Shown piece after piece: positions 18,641-28,311 of a stretch of DNA of 64,000 nucleotides. This DNA is from an uncultured Alphaproteobacteria bacterium (lineage in GTDB: Bacteria > Pseudomonadota > Alphaproteobacteria > CBDUZE01), in the NCBI GenBank assembly GCA_965371625.1, contig CBDUZE010000013.1, positions 34,107 to 98,106 of the forward strand, written 5' to 3'. Both the position numbers and the translations under genes were made by a program. Each line of letters opens with the position of its first letter. The first letter of the stretch is position 1. The notes under the pieces are model-generated. The model searched no databases. It was not told where the DNA came from and saw only the letters and a program-made list of their open reading frames with translations.

Positions 18641-18800
18641 AGAGCGGTTCCGAATTGATCGGAACCGCCCTAGGTTCTTTTCGCTCACGGCAGCGGACCC
18701 AAGGGTCCGCGCCTGCGCGGGCGCGCCGGACGACCGGCGGGCCCGAGGGTCCCCACTGGCGCGGCCTGAGAGCGATTCCAATTGACCTGGAATCGCTCTA
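18641..18800. repeat. Mosaic palindromic intergenic element (A-B-B'-A', REP/BIME-like)
   Basis: A = agagcggttccgaattgatcggaaccgccct (18641); A' = agagcgattccaattgacctggaatcgctct (18769); B = gcggacccaagggtccgc (18693); B' = gcgggcccgagggtcccc (18737). Confidence 0.8.
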
Positions 18801-18813
18801 TAGGATTCGGCGC

Positions 18814-19146
18814 GTGCCGAGGATGACCTTCATCAGGCCCGACGGTGAACGTCTCGAGGTCGAGGCGCCGGTGGGGCACTCGGTGCTCGATATCGCCCAC
18901 CGCAACGACATCGACATCGAGGGTGCCTGCGAGGGCTCGCTCGCCTGCTCGACCTGCCACGTCATCGTCGCCGCGGTTGACTTCGACCGCTTGCCCGCGC
19001 CCGAGGAGGACGAGGAGGACATGCTCGACCTCGCCTTCGGGCTCGTGCCGACCTCGCGGCTGGGCTGCCAGATCGTCATCACCGAGGCGCTCGACGGGCT
19101 CACCGTGACCCTGCCCACCGAGACCCGCAACATGCTGCTCGACTAG
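18814..19146 (+). CDS. fdx: Adrenodoxin-type 2Fe-2S ferredoxin
   Basis: [29 protein letters not shown]; GTG start chosen to give the typical MPxMTF N-terminus. Confidence 0.95.
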   Translation: MPRMTFIRPDGERLEVEAPVGHSVLDIAHRNDIDIEGACEGSLACSTCHVIVAAVDFDRLPAPEEDEEDMLDLAFGLVPTSRLGCQIVITEALDGLTVTLPTETRNMLLD

Positions 19147-19164
19147 GAGCCTGTCCGACCGACC

Positions 19165-19857
19165 ATGCCCGAACCCGACGCCCTCTTCGGCAACACCCTC
19201 TTTGCCCGCCTCCGCGAGGCCTGCGCCGAGCCCTGGCGGGCCTACTGCGGGCACGAGTTCGTGCGTCGCCTGGGCGACGCCAGCCTGCCCGAGGCCTGCT
19301 TCCGCCATTACCTGGGCCAGGATTATTTGTTCCTGATCCACTTCGCGCGCGCCTATGGGCTCGCGATCTACAAGTCGGACGATCTCACCGGCATGCGCCG
19401 GGCGGCGGCCACGGTCTCGGGCCTGCTCGACGTCGAGATGGGCCTGCACGTCGAGTTCTGCGCCGCTTGGGGGCTCGACGAGGCGGAGATGGAGGCGCTG
19501 CCCGAGGCCACCGCGACCATGGCCTATACCCGCTACGTGCTCGAGCGCGGCCTCGCCGGCGACATCCTCGATCTGCAGGTGGCGCTGGCCCCTTGCGTCG
19601 TCGGTTACGGCGAGATCGGCCAGCGCCTGATGGCCGACCCCGCCACCAGGTTGGACGGCAACCCCTACCGCGCCTGGATCGAGATGTATGCCGGCGAGGA
19701 CTACCAGGCGCTGGCGCGGGGCGCGGTGGACGAGCTCGAGCGCCTGGCGGAGCGGCGCCTTGGGCCCGCCCGCTTCGACGATCTCGCCACCACCTTCGCC
19801 CAGGCGACACGGCTCGAAACCGGGTTCTGGGAGATGGGGCTCACGCTCTCGAGCTGA
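19165..19857 (+). CDS. tenA: Thiaminase II / TenA
   Basis: FRHYLGQDYLFL, LAPCVVGYGEIG (catalytic Cys), NPYRAWIEMY, ETGFWEM. Confidence 0.9.
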   Translation: MPEPDALFGNTLFARLREACAEPWRAYCGHEFVRRLGDASLPEACFRHYLGQDYLFLIHFARAYGLAIYKSDDLTGMRRAAATVSGLLDVEMGLHVEFCAAWGLDEAEMEALPEATATMAYTRYVLERGLAGDILDLQVALAPCVVGYGEIGQRLMADPATRLDGNPYRAWIEMYAGEDYQALARGAVDELERLAERRLGPARFDDLATTFAQATRLETGFWEMGLTLSS

Positions 19858-19985
19858 ACCGGCTGGCCGGGCCGCGCTTCCGCCGCCGGTGAGGGCAGGG
19901 GCTTATCGCCAAGACAATCAGATGCCTCGCCCGGTCTTTGCCGCGCTCTTACACAGATCTGGCTCGGCTCCGCCGGCCCTCGCCG

Positions 19986-21692
19986 TCACGCCGTGCGGCT
20001 CAGGGGCTCGGGCTCTTGCTCTCTTGGCGGCGCTGCTTCCGGCGCGCACGGGCGCGTCGCCGCGTCGCTATAGCTCGCGGTCGCGGGGTCGCGTTCGACC
20101 CGTCTGCGGATGCGGATGACCTGGAGGACGAAGATCAGGAAGGGCAGGTAGGTCGCCGCCAGCTCCCAAAGACGCCGCGGGTAGAAGATCAGCGGGCTCT
20201 CAAGCGGGAAATCCGGGCGCCGCGAGCGACGGTACTTGAGCCGGAAGAAGCCGCTCTGCAGGGGATGCACACCCTCGAACCGTAGGGAGCCCTGGAACTG
20301 CATGATGTTAAGCATCAGGCGCCCGGCCTTGAGACCACCGGCCGCCGCCCGCCTCAGCAGGGTCTCGATATGCTCGGGCGAGTAGTAGAGGTCCCAGGCT
20401 TGGCGATAGACGCCCTGCCACTCCGCGCCGCTCATGGTGGCGTGACGCGAGACCACGTGCTCGAGGTCGTAGTTGTTCAGCTCGGGGCTCATCCAGGCGC
20501 CCGCGGCGTGAAGCCGTTGATGGTCCTCCGAGCCCGGCAACGGGGTGAGGATGAAGAACTCGAGGAGATCGACCGGCAGCTCGCGTTGGATGACGCGGAT
20601 ATCGCGGGCGATCGAGGCCGGCGTATCGGCCGGAAAGCCGAGGATATAGCCGGCGTAGATGAAGACACCGGCATTGTGCCACGCCTGCAGCATGGTGCGG
20701 TACTCGTCGAAGTGGTTCTGCCGCTTCTTGACGCTGAGCAGGTTTTCGGGACTGACGCTTTCGAGGCCGATGAAGACCCGTTTGCAGCCGGCGCGGCTCG
20801 CCTTCTCGACGAAATTGGGCAGGCGGTGGGCGAGCGCGTCGACCTGGAGGATGAAATGAAGCTCCGGGACATCTTCGCGCAGCCTGATGAGCACGTCGAA
20901 GATCGCCTCCCAGTTCTTGTTACGGGCGAAATCGTCGTCGGTGATGAAGAAGTTGCTGATCCCTCGGGCCAGGTTGGCGTGGACCAGCCGTTCGATGTCC
21001 TCGGCGCTGCGGTAGCGGGACTTGCGCCCCTGCACGTTGATGATGGTGCAGAAACTGCATTGGAAGGGGCAGCCGCGGCCGGCGTCGAAGCTGCCGATGG
21101 CCGGCGAATAGCGGCGCAACACCGATGCCGGCATGATGGGCGCGGGCTCGCCCTGGATGTCGGGGAGGTCCGACAGATAGTTGTAGAGGGGCTTAAGCCG
21201 CCCCCCGTGGGCGTCCTCGAGCAGCGCGTCGAGGCGCCCCCCCTCGGCCTCGCCGGCGAAGAGGCTGATGCCGGCCTCCATCGCCGCCTCCATCTCGGCC
21301 GGAATCGAGGGCAGCATCGACAGGCAGCCGCTGACGTGAAAGCCACCGATGACGACGGGAAGTCCCGCCGCCATGAAGGTCGTCGCCAGGTCCATGGCGC
21401 GGGGGAACTGGTTGGACTGCACGCCGACGAGACAGACCAGGCCGGAAGCGCCGGGCGCGGTCAGGCGCTTGATGATGCCCTTGACCGGGAGACGCTGGTT
21501 GCACTCGTCGTAGCCGTTGACCACGATCTCGACGTCGTCACCGAGCACCCGGTGGGACGCGGCGTCGAGCGCCAGGCCATAGAGGCTGGCGAGCGAGTTC
21601 GAGGGGATCCAGGCCTTCCACCACTGGATCACGTAGCCGTCATCGTCGTAGTGGGAAGGCTTGATCAGCTCGACGTAAAAGCGCCCCGCCAT
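19986..21692 (-). CDS. B12-binding-domain radical SAM protein
   Basis: GRGCPFQCSFC (CX3CX2C), N-terminal VIGGFHVSG..GEAE, FITDDDF, IGLES, ILTPLPGSEDH. Confidence 0.88.
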   Translation of the reverse strand: MAGRFYVELIKPSHYDDDGYVIQWWKAWIPSNSLASLYGLALDAASHRVLGDDVEIVVNGYDECNQRLPVKGIIKRLTAPGASGLVCLVGVQSNQFPRAMDLATTFMAAGLPVVIGGFHVSGCLSMLPSIPAEMEAAMEAGISLFAGEAEGGRLDALLEDAHGGRLKPLYNYLSDLPDIQGEPAPIMPASVLRRYSPAIGSFDAGRGCPFQCSFCTIINVQGRKSRYRSAEDIERLVHANLARGISNFFITDDDFARNKNWEAIFDVLIRLREDVPELHFILQVDALAHRLPNFVEKASRAGCKRVFIGLESVSPENLLSVKKRQNHFDEYRTMLQAWHNAGVFIYAGYILGFPADTPASIARDIRVIQRELPVDLLEFFILTPLPGSEDHQRLHAAGAWMSPELNNYDLEHVVSRHATMSGAEWQGVYRQAWDLYYSPEHIETLLRRAAAGGLKAGRLMLNIMQFQGSLRFEGVHPLQSGFFRLKYRRSRRPDFPLESPLIFYPRRLWELAATYLPFLIFVLQVIRIRRRVERDPATASYSDAATRPCAPEAAPPREQEPEPLSRTA

Positions 21693-21834
21693 CTATGAGT
21701 CCTCACTGCCGTTAAGCCCGACCTCGACAGAACCAACATCGCCCGTTCGCCGCTCAGGTCAAGGCGCGATCCTCGCAAATCGAGGGTCCGAGGACAATGA
21801 TAAGAAGCGGCAGCCAAGCCTTGGCACCGCGACG

Positions 21835-21930
21835 CTACGCCCCGAGCCCCAGGAATCGCGCCGGGTTGGGCTTGCGGATCTTGTCCTTCGCGGGTTCGCT
21901 GAGCTCCGGCGCCCCCGCGCACCAGTGCGG
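21835..21930 (-). pseudogene. Probable 3'-end remnant of an amidohydrolase-family gene
   Basis: Translates ...GAPELSEPAKDKIRKPNPARFLGLGA*, resembling the LSxxxKxKIxxxNAARxxGL C-terminus; no upstream body. Confidence 0.4.
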
Positions 21931-21977
21931 CGGTGCCGGTATGCTTCAGCCACGGCCAATCGGGGGTGCCGTCCGCT

Positions 21978-23084
21978 CTACCCGCCTCCGCCCAGGGCCT
22001 CCTCGACGAAGGCCACGATCGCCTCCAGGAGCACCTCGCGGGGGTATTTGTTGCGGGTGACCAGGGTCGCGGCGAGCACAGGCGCGTCCTCCGAGAAGGG
22101 GAGGATCACCGCCCAGTGGTCGGCGTTGGCGAATCCCAGCAGCGTGCCCCCGGGGATGATGGCGTCGGTGATGATGGCCTGGCTGTCGTTGCGCGGGTCG
22201 GTCTGCGACAGAATTTTGTAAGTCGGCTTGAGGATCGCCGAGACCTGGCCTTCCTGCGGCCAGGCGACCAAAGAGAAATAGCGCACCCCGGCCGGCAGCC
22301 CGTTGCCTCTGGTCAACCGCTCCATGGCATTGGCCCGTTTCAAGCTGTCGATCGCGCCGCTCCCGGGTTCGCAGCTTGGCATGGGAAGTTTCTCGGCCAA
22401 GGCCTTGAGGGGAGCCTTGGCGCCGTCGGCCAGTGGCGTTCCGCCGACGATCCCGGCGATACTGACCAGTGCCGCCACGTCCTGCACCTCGTCGGCGTTT
22501 TCGACCAGGAACTCCAGGGCGTCGGTGGTGCCCTTGGAATAGCCCACCAGCACCAACCGTTCCCCCGGCTCCAGGGGCGGCTGGAGCCCCTCCAGATGTT
22601 CCTTGATGACGCGCGCGTTCTCGGCGCTGCTCTTGCGCCCGCCCACCTGGATGATGCCGAAGCGGCCGGCATAGCCGTGGGCCTCCTCCAGGTGCCGGAT
22701 GGCGTGTCGGAAGGGGCTGGTCATGTCGCCCATGCATTCGCCGAAGATGCCGGGGACGATGAGGTAGCGCAGATCGGGGCGCGGGCTTCCCCGGGCCAGC
22801 ACGGGGGCCGCGACCGGGGGCGCCTCGTTTTCGTCGGGCAGGCGCACCAGTGCCTCGTCGCAGAGACGGTGATGGTGGAGCGTATCGCCGTGGTCGTTGC
22901 GGATGGCGCAGAAGATTTGCCGGAAGTGCGCCCGTCCGTCCTCGACCCCGGCGAGGGCCGTCGACAGCTTCACCGGCGCCGACCCATCCGTCGAATTCTT
23001 GAGCAACAGCACCGCGGCCCATGCCGCCAATCCGGCGCCAACCAACAGCGTTGCCGCGAGCCAGATTTTCCACCGCGCTTGCAA
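21978..23084 (-). CDS. Secreted or membrane-anchored alpha/beta hydrolase (lipase-like)
   Basis: N-terminal hydrophobic segment, VPGIFGEC oxyanion-like segment, GYSKG elbow, NDSQ and ADHW triad candidates; GGAG RBS before TTG. Confidence 0.75.
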   Translation of the reverse strand: MQARWKIWLAATLLVGAGLAAWAAVLLLKNSTDGSAPVKLSTALAGVEDGRAHFRQIFCAIRNDHGDTLHHHRLCDEALVRLPDENEAPPVAAPVLARGSPRPDLRYLIVPGIFGECMGDMTSPFRHAIRHLEEAHGYAGRFGIIQVGGRKSSAENARVIKEHLEGLQPPLEPGERLVLVGYSKGTTDALEFLVENADEVQDVAALVSIAGIVGGTPLADGAKAPLKALAEKLPMPSCEPGSGAIDSLKRANAMERLTRGNGLPAGVRYFSLVAWPQEGQVSAILKPTYKILSQTDPRNDSQAIITDAIIPGGTLLGFANADHWAVILPFSEDAPVLAATLVTRNKYPREVLLEAIVAFVEEALGGGG

Positions 23085-23408
23085 GATCGCCTACTCCCAC
23101 CACCGCGCGAGGCGACAGATCTCGGCAGCCGATTTCCGCCACAGCCGCGCAACCGACTCGCCGCCCGGTTACCGTAGAACCACCTCACCCTCGCGTCCCA
23201 CGGCGGAGCGTTGCCCGGGATTCAAAGCTCGGCGAGCGCCGTCCTCGTACAACGCAAGCGCTAAAAGGTCAGCACAAAATTCGTGCTTGTCAAGCGTGAA
23301 TGGGCCTTTCTTGGGGACCTTCGCCAAGTCAAATCCTGGCCCCCGGGATGCCGCTCTCGCTCGGGGCGGCGGTCGCTTCGCCGCCGGCCACCCTCATTCC
23401 GGCTACCC

Positions 23409-24209
23409 TCATTCCGGGTAGAGCGGCTCGGCCCGGGCGAAGCCGATGTAGCTGGTGTGGCTCACCAGCCCCTCGCCTTCGAGCCAGACGTGGAGCTGGC
23501 AGGCCGGCGGCTCCATGATCACGTCGGCCTTGGCGCCGGGCCTGAGGTCGAGGGCGATCTGATGCGCGGTCGAGGGGCAGATGCTCACCATCGTGCCGCA
23601 CCAGCGCCTCATCACCGGGCGGTGCACGTGGCCGCAGACGATGCGCTCGATCTGGGGGTGGCGCGCCACCACCGCGCCGAAGCGCTCGGCGTCCATGAGC
23701 CGCGACTTGTCCATGTGGTCGAGCCCGGTGCGGAACGGCGGGTGGTGCATAAAGAGCAGCGTCGGGCGCTCGGGCGCCTCGCTCAAGCGGGCCTCGAGCC
23801 AGGCCAGCCGCGCGGCGCAGAGCTCGCCCCGGACCTTGCCCGGAAGCTGGGTGTCGAGGGCGATGAGGCGCACCGCGTGGGGCTCGACGGTGTAATGAAG
23901 GAACCGGCCCTCGGCCGGCCAGTAGGCGTGATCGGCGAAGGCCGCCCTCAAGGCCTCGCGGTCGTCGTGGTTGCCGGGGATGGCGTAGAGGGGCATCTTC
24001 AAGGGGCCAAGTATCTCCCTGAGGCGCCCGTACTCGTCCGCGCCGCCGTCGTGCACCAGGTCGCCGGTCAGGAGCAGCACCTCGGGCGCCGGCTCGAGGG
24101 CGATGATGTGGGCGACGCAGCGCTCGAGATGCTCGGCGGTGCGGAAGCGCCGATCGGTCTCGCTGCCCGGTGGGGCGACGTGGAAGTCCGAGATCTGGCC
24201 GATGATCAT
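23409..24209 (-). CDS. Calcineurin-like metallophosphoesterase (CpdA/GpdQ-like phosphodiesterase)
   Basis: QISDFH, TGDL, PGNHD, MHHPP, CGHVH. Confidence 0.93.
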   Translation of the reverse strand: MIIGQISDFHVAPPGSETDRRFRTAEHLERCVAHIIALEPAPEVLLLTGDLVHDGGADEYGRLREILGPLKMPLYAIPGNHDDREALRAAFADHAYWPAEGRFLHYTVEPHAVRLIALDTQLPGKVRGELCAARLAWLEARLSEAPERPTLLFMHHPPFRTGLDHMDKSRLMDAERFGAVVARHPQIERIVCGHVHRPVMRRWCGTMVSICPSTAHQIALDLRPGAKADVIMEPPACQLHVWLEGEGLVSHTSYIGFARAEPLYPE

Positions 24210-24233
24210 GGTGCGACCCGCCTCGCGGCTTCC

Positions 24234-25253
24234 CTAATACCCGAGCTCGAGGTCGATGGCGCGCGGCATCGCTTCGCCCCGGGCGAAGGCGGCCAGGCTC
24301 TCGGCAGCCATCTCGAGGATGCGCTCCAACACCCTATCGACGTTCGAGGCCTGATCGCCCGAGGCCACCACGTTGGCGAGCTTGTGCAGCCCGGTGCGCG
24401 AGGGGATGGGGAAGTGATAGGTGGCTGGGAACGAGTTGGTGTAGGTCCACCACACGTCGCTCGCGTAGCCCGCCAGCCGACCTTCGGCGAGGGCCTCGTA
24501 AAGCGCCTGTTCGACCACCAGGTTGCCGCGCGCGATGTTGATCAGGAAGGCACCGGGCTTGATCGCGGCGAGCGCCGCCTCGTCGATGAAGGAGAGGGTC
24601 TCGGGCGTGAGCGGGGTGGCGAGGACGATGAAGTCGGCCTGGGCCAACACGTCGTGGAGCTCGCCCGGCCCATACACCGCTTCGACGTGCTCGCCGCCGC
24701 GCTCGGGGTTGCGGCGCACCCCCAGCACCCGCATGTCGAAGGCCTGGGAGCGCCGCGCCACGGCCGTGCCGATCTGGCCCAGGCCGATCACCGCCAGGGT
24801 CTTGCCGCTGAGCACGGCACCCCGCGAGTCCGGGTTCCAGATCGGCTGCCAGCGGCTCTCGAACACCCGCTGGTGATTGCTCACCACCCGCTTGGCCAGC
24901 GCCAGCATCAGCGCCATGGCCTGCTCCGCCACGGCGATGCCGTTGGCGCCCCGCACGTTGGCGACCTCGACCCCGCGGCGCCTCAAGAGGGCGAAATCGA
25001 GCTCGTCGCAGCCGGCGTGAAGCCAGATCAGCGCCTTTAGGCGCCGCGCCTCCTCGAGCACCCCCGGGGGCAGCACCCAGCCCATGATGGCGTCGGCGTC
25101 GCGGGCCTCCGCCACGACCTCGTCGTAGCTCACCTCGTAGCGCGAGAGGCCGGGACGCGCGGGCGGCGCCGTGACGGTCGCGTCCTCCGGTAGCGCCTCG
25201 CGGATCTGGGCGATCTCATCGTCATCGGCGTACCAGGTCAGCAGCAGCTTCAT
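24234..25253 (-). CDS. D-2-hydroxyacid dehydrogenase family protein
   Basis: GLGQIG Rossmann motif, PLTPET, INIARG, DVW. Confidence 0.9.
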   Translation of the reverse strand: MKLLLTWYADDDEIAQIREALPEDATVTAPPARPGLSRYEVSYDEVVAEARDADAIMGWVLPPGVLEEARRLKALIWLHAGCDELDFALLRRRGVEVANVRGANGIAVAEQAMALMLALAKRVVSNHQRVFESRWQPIWNPDSRGAVLSGKTLAVIGLGQIGTAVARRSQAFDMRVLGVRRNPERGGEHVEAVYGPGELHDVLAQADFIVLATPLTPETLSFIDEAALAAIKPGAFLINIARGNLVVEQALYEALAEGRLAGYASDVWWTYTNSFPATYHFPIPSRTGLHKLANVVASGDQASNVDRVLERILEMAAESLAAFARGEAMPRAIDLELGY

Positions 25254-25442
25254 GATCGAGCCCTCCTCGGCCCCGGCCGCAGGCCTGAATGGCGGAGTGC
25301 GATAGATAACAGACCATGCGCCGCGACGCGACTTGCGCCGTCGCGGCCATCTCTTACCCGGGGAAGGAGGGCGCTGCCGCCCTTGTGCGGCGCGCGGCGG
25401 CGGCGTTATGGTGCCGCCAGGGTTGGCCGGGCGGAGCTCGAA

Positions 25443-25790
25443 ATGGCCGTCAGCGAGGAATACCGCGACTATGTGATGGAGCTGCTGGCGCCCATGGGTG
25501 CGGTGGCGCCGCGCCGCATGTTCGGCGGCCTCGGCATCTTCTGTGACGGCACGATGTTCGCGCTGGTGGCCGACGACACCCTCTACTTCAAGGTCGACGA
25601 CAGCAACCGCGGCGACTTCGAGGCCGCCGGCGCCGCTCCCTTCAGCTACCGCGCCAAGGGCGGCCGGCGGGGCGTGATGTCCTATTATCAGGCCCCGGCC
25701 GAGGTTCTGGAAGAGGCCGAGCAGGCCCTGGCATGGGCCGCCAAGGCGGTCGACGTGGCGCTCAAGGCCCAGGCCGCGAAGCGCCGCTGA
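25443..25790 (+). CDS. TfoX/Sxy N-terminal domain protein
   Basis: RRMFGGLGIF, MFALVADDTLYFKVD, MSYY. Confidence 0.9.
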   Translation: MAVSEEYRDYVMELLAPMGAVAPRRMFGGLGIFCDGTMFALVADDTLYFKVDDSNRGDFEAAGAAPFSYRAKGGRRGVMSYYQAPAEVLEEAEQALAWAAKAVDVALKAQAAKRR

Positions 25791-25804
25791 AGCGCCGCTC
25801 GACG

Positions 25805-28123
25805 ATGACGGGCGCGGCCGAAAGCTTTGCCGCGGCGCGCGCCGCCGAGGAGGACGGGCGCGCGGCGGAGGCCCTCGATCTCTATCGCCAGATCCTGGCG
25901 GCGGAGCCGCAGCACACCGGTGCCCTCTTGGGTCTGGCGCGGCTCTTACTCGCGGCCGGCGAGCTCGAGGCGGCGCGCTATTGTCTCGAGACCCGCCTCG
26001 CCCTCCTTCCCGACGACGCCGAGACCGCTTTTCAGCTCGGCACCGTGCACCTCGCGGGCGAGCACTACGCCGCCGCCGCCGAGCACCTCGGGCGCGCCGC
26101 CGCCCTGGCGCCGGGGATGCCCGAGGTCCACAACAATCTGGGCGCGGCGCTGCTGCGCCTAGGGCGCCACGACGAGGCGATCGCGGCGCTGGAGCGGGCG
26201 CTCGAGCTCAGGCCCGACTTCGCCATGGCCCTCAACACCCTGGGCAACGCCTATGCCTCGGCGGGGCGGGCCGAGCCGGCGATCGCCGCCTACCGGCGCG
26301 CCTGGGACCTCGATCCCGGCCTGGCCGAGGCGGCAGTGAACCTCGGCCATGCCGTTCGCGAGCAGGGCCGGGCCGAGGAGGCCATGACCTGGTTCATGAA
26401 GGCGCTGAGCGCGCGGCCGGACGCGGTTGGCGCCCACAACGGCATCGGCCTGGCGCTGCAGGGCCAGCATTTGCACGGGAAGGCGATCGCCGCCTTCCGG
26501 CGGGCCCTCGAGGTCGGGCCCGAGAACGTCGAGGTCCTTAACAACCTGGCCATCTCGCTGCAAATCATCGGCCGCCACGCCGAGGCGCTCGTGCTCTATC
26601 GCGATCTGCTGTCGGCACGGCCCGAACTCGCCCAGGCCCACGCCAACCTGGGGCACGTGCTGCAGGGCATGGGGCGTCAGGGCGAGGCCGCCGATGCCTT
26701 CCGGCGCGCCCTCGAGCTCAACCCCGAGGCCCGAAACCTGCACATGTTCCTGGCCCACGCCCTGTTGCACGAGTGCGCCTGGGACGATCTCGGCGGGATC
26801 ATGGACCGGGTCATCGCCGAGGCCGAGGCGGCCGAGGGCAACGCGCTCGCCGCCTCGCCCTTCGCCCTGGCGGCGACGCCGGCCTCGCCCGCCCTCAGGC
26901 TCCGGGTGGCGCGGCGAAGCGCCCGGGCGGTGGGCGAAAGCGTGGCGGCGGAGGCGGCCGCGCTCGGCTTTCTCTACCGCAAGCCCCGCGGCGGGCGGCT
27001 CGCGGTGGGCTATGTCTCGCCCGACTTCCGTACCCACAGCCTGGGGCTCGCCTTTCGCGAGCTGCTCGGCGCCCACGACCGCGAGCGCTTCCAATGGCAT
27101 GGCTACGCGCTCACCCCGAGCGGCGAGGACGAGGTCGGCGCCGATTACGCCCGCGCCTTCGATGCCTTCGCCGACCTCAGCGCCTTGTCCCCGCCCGAGG
27201 CCGCCCGCCGCATCAACCGCGACGGCATACAGGTACTGATCGATCTCGCCGGCCACACCCGCAACGCCAACCTCGCGCTGTTCTTCCTCAAGCCGGCGCC
27301 GGTGCAGGCCCATTACCTGGGCTACGCCATGACCTTGGGCGCCGAGTGCATCCAATACCTGATCACCGATCCGGTCCACATGCCGCTGGCGCTCGCGCCC
27401 CACTGCGGCGAGCACCTGGTCCACCTGCCCGAGAGCTTCATGGCCACCGCGCGCCCTGACGTGGGCGCGGTGCCTGAGGGGCGCGCCGCCCATGGCCTGC
27501 CCCCCGAGGCCATCGTCTTCGTCAGCTTCAACGCCCACTTCAAGCTCCACCCGGCGATGTTCGATTGCTGGATGCGGCTCCTGGACCAGGTCCCCGGCAG
27601 CGTGCTGTGGCTGCGCGGCGGCGGCGGCGCGGCGGTAGGGAACCTGCGGCGCGAGGCCGAGGCGCGCGGCGTGGGCGCCGAGCGCCTGGTGTTCGCCGAC
27701 CGCCTCCCGCACGCGGAGCACCTGGCCCGCCACGGCCTCGCCGACATCGTCCTCGACACCCTCTACCATGGCGGTGGGGTGACCTCGGTCGACGCGCTAT
27801 GGTGCGGGGTGCCGCTGGTCACCCTGGCCGGCAAGACCGCGAGCTCCCGCATCGGCGCCTCGCTGCTTACCGCCCTCGGCCTCGAGGAGCTGATCGCCAC
27901 CTCGCTCGAGGACTACCAGCGCATCGCCCTTGACCTCGCCCGCGATGGCGAGCGGCTCGGGGCGCTCAAGGCCAAGCTCCGCGGCAAGCTCGAGACCGAG
28001 CCCTTGTTCGACGTCGCGCGCCTCGCCCGCCACCTGGAGCGCGCCTACGAGCTGATGTGGGAGCGTTACGAGGCCGGCGAGCCGCCGGGGCCGATCCGGG
28101 TGCCGGCGCTGCCCAGGGCTTGA
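25805..28123 (+). CDS. TPR-containing O-GlcNAc transferase-like glycosyltransferase (GT41)
   Basis: About 9 TPRs, then VGYVSPDFRTH, LIDLAGHT, PAPVQAHYLGY, SFN..FKL, LDT...DALWCGVP. Confidence 0.9.
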   Translation: MTGAAESFAAARAAEEDGRAAEALDLYRQILAAEPQHTGALLGLARLLLAAGELEAARYCLETRLALLPDDAETAFQLGTVHLAGEHYAAAAEHLGRAAALAPGMPEVHNNLGAALLRLGRHDEAIAALERALELRPDFAMALNTLGNAYASAGRAEPAIAAYRRAWDLDPGLAEAAVNLGHAVREQGRAEEAMTWFMKALSARPDAVGAHNGIGLALQGQHLHGKAIAAFRRALEVGPENVEVLNNLAISLQIIGRHAEALVLYRDLLSARPELAQAHANLGHVLQGMGRQGEAADAFRRALELNPEARNLHMFLAHALLHECAWDDLGGIMDRVIAEAEAAEGNALAASPFALAATPASPALRLRVARRSARAVGESVAAEAAALGFLYRKPRGGRLAVGYVSPDFRTHSLGLAFRELLGAHDRERFQWHGYALTPSGEDEVGADYARAFDAFADLSALSPPEAARRINRDGIQVLIDLAGHTRNANLALFFLKPAPVQAHYLGYAMTLGAECIQYLITDPVHMPLALAPHCGEHLVHLPESFMATARPDVGAVPEGRAAHGLPPEAIVFVSFNAHFKLHPAMFDCWMRLLDQVPGSVLWLRGGGGAAVGNLRREAEARGVGAERLVFADRLPHAEHLARHGLADIVLDTLYHGGGVTSVDALWCGVPLVTLAGKTASSRIGASLLTALGLEELIATSLEDYQRIALDLARDGERLGALKAKLRGKLETEPLFDVARLARHLERAYELMWERYEAGEPPGPIRVPALPRA

Positions 28124-28181
28124 GCGCGGAAGGAGGACCGCGGCTCAAGTCGGGCCGCCCCCCGAAGTAACCATCGCTCGC

Positions 28182-28289
28182 TCAGTCGTAGGCATGGCGC
28201 TGCGCCGGATCGCCCGAGGTGTACTCGACGAGCTCGCACTCGAGGCCCGCGGCGTCGTGGAAATAGACGCGCTTGCGGTGGCGATGGGG
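28182..28289 (-). pseudogene. 3'-end remnant of a VOC/glyoxalase-family gene
   Basis: Translates PHRHRKRVYFHDAAGLECELVEYTSGDPAQRHAYD* (YFxDxxG..E.V motif); no start codon in the ~22 nt before the paaK stop. Confidence 0.65.
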
Positions 28290-28311
28290 GGCGACCGGGC
28301 GGCCCCGCCGC

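Noticed and set aside
19147-19164. TPP riboswitch before tenA
   Set aside because: Only 18 nt intergenic and no aptamer motif recognised
23085-23408. Hidden small gene or ncRNA in the long intergenic region
   Set aside because: No convincing motif, RBS-ORF pair or recognisable RNA family
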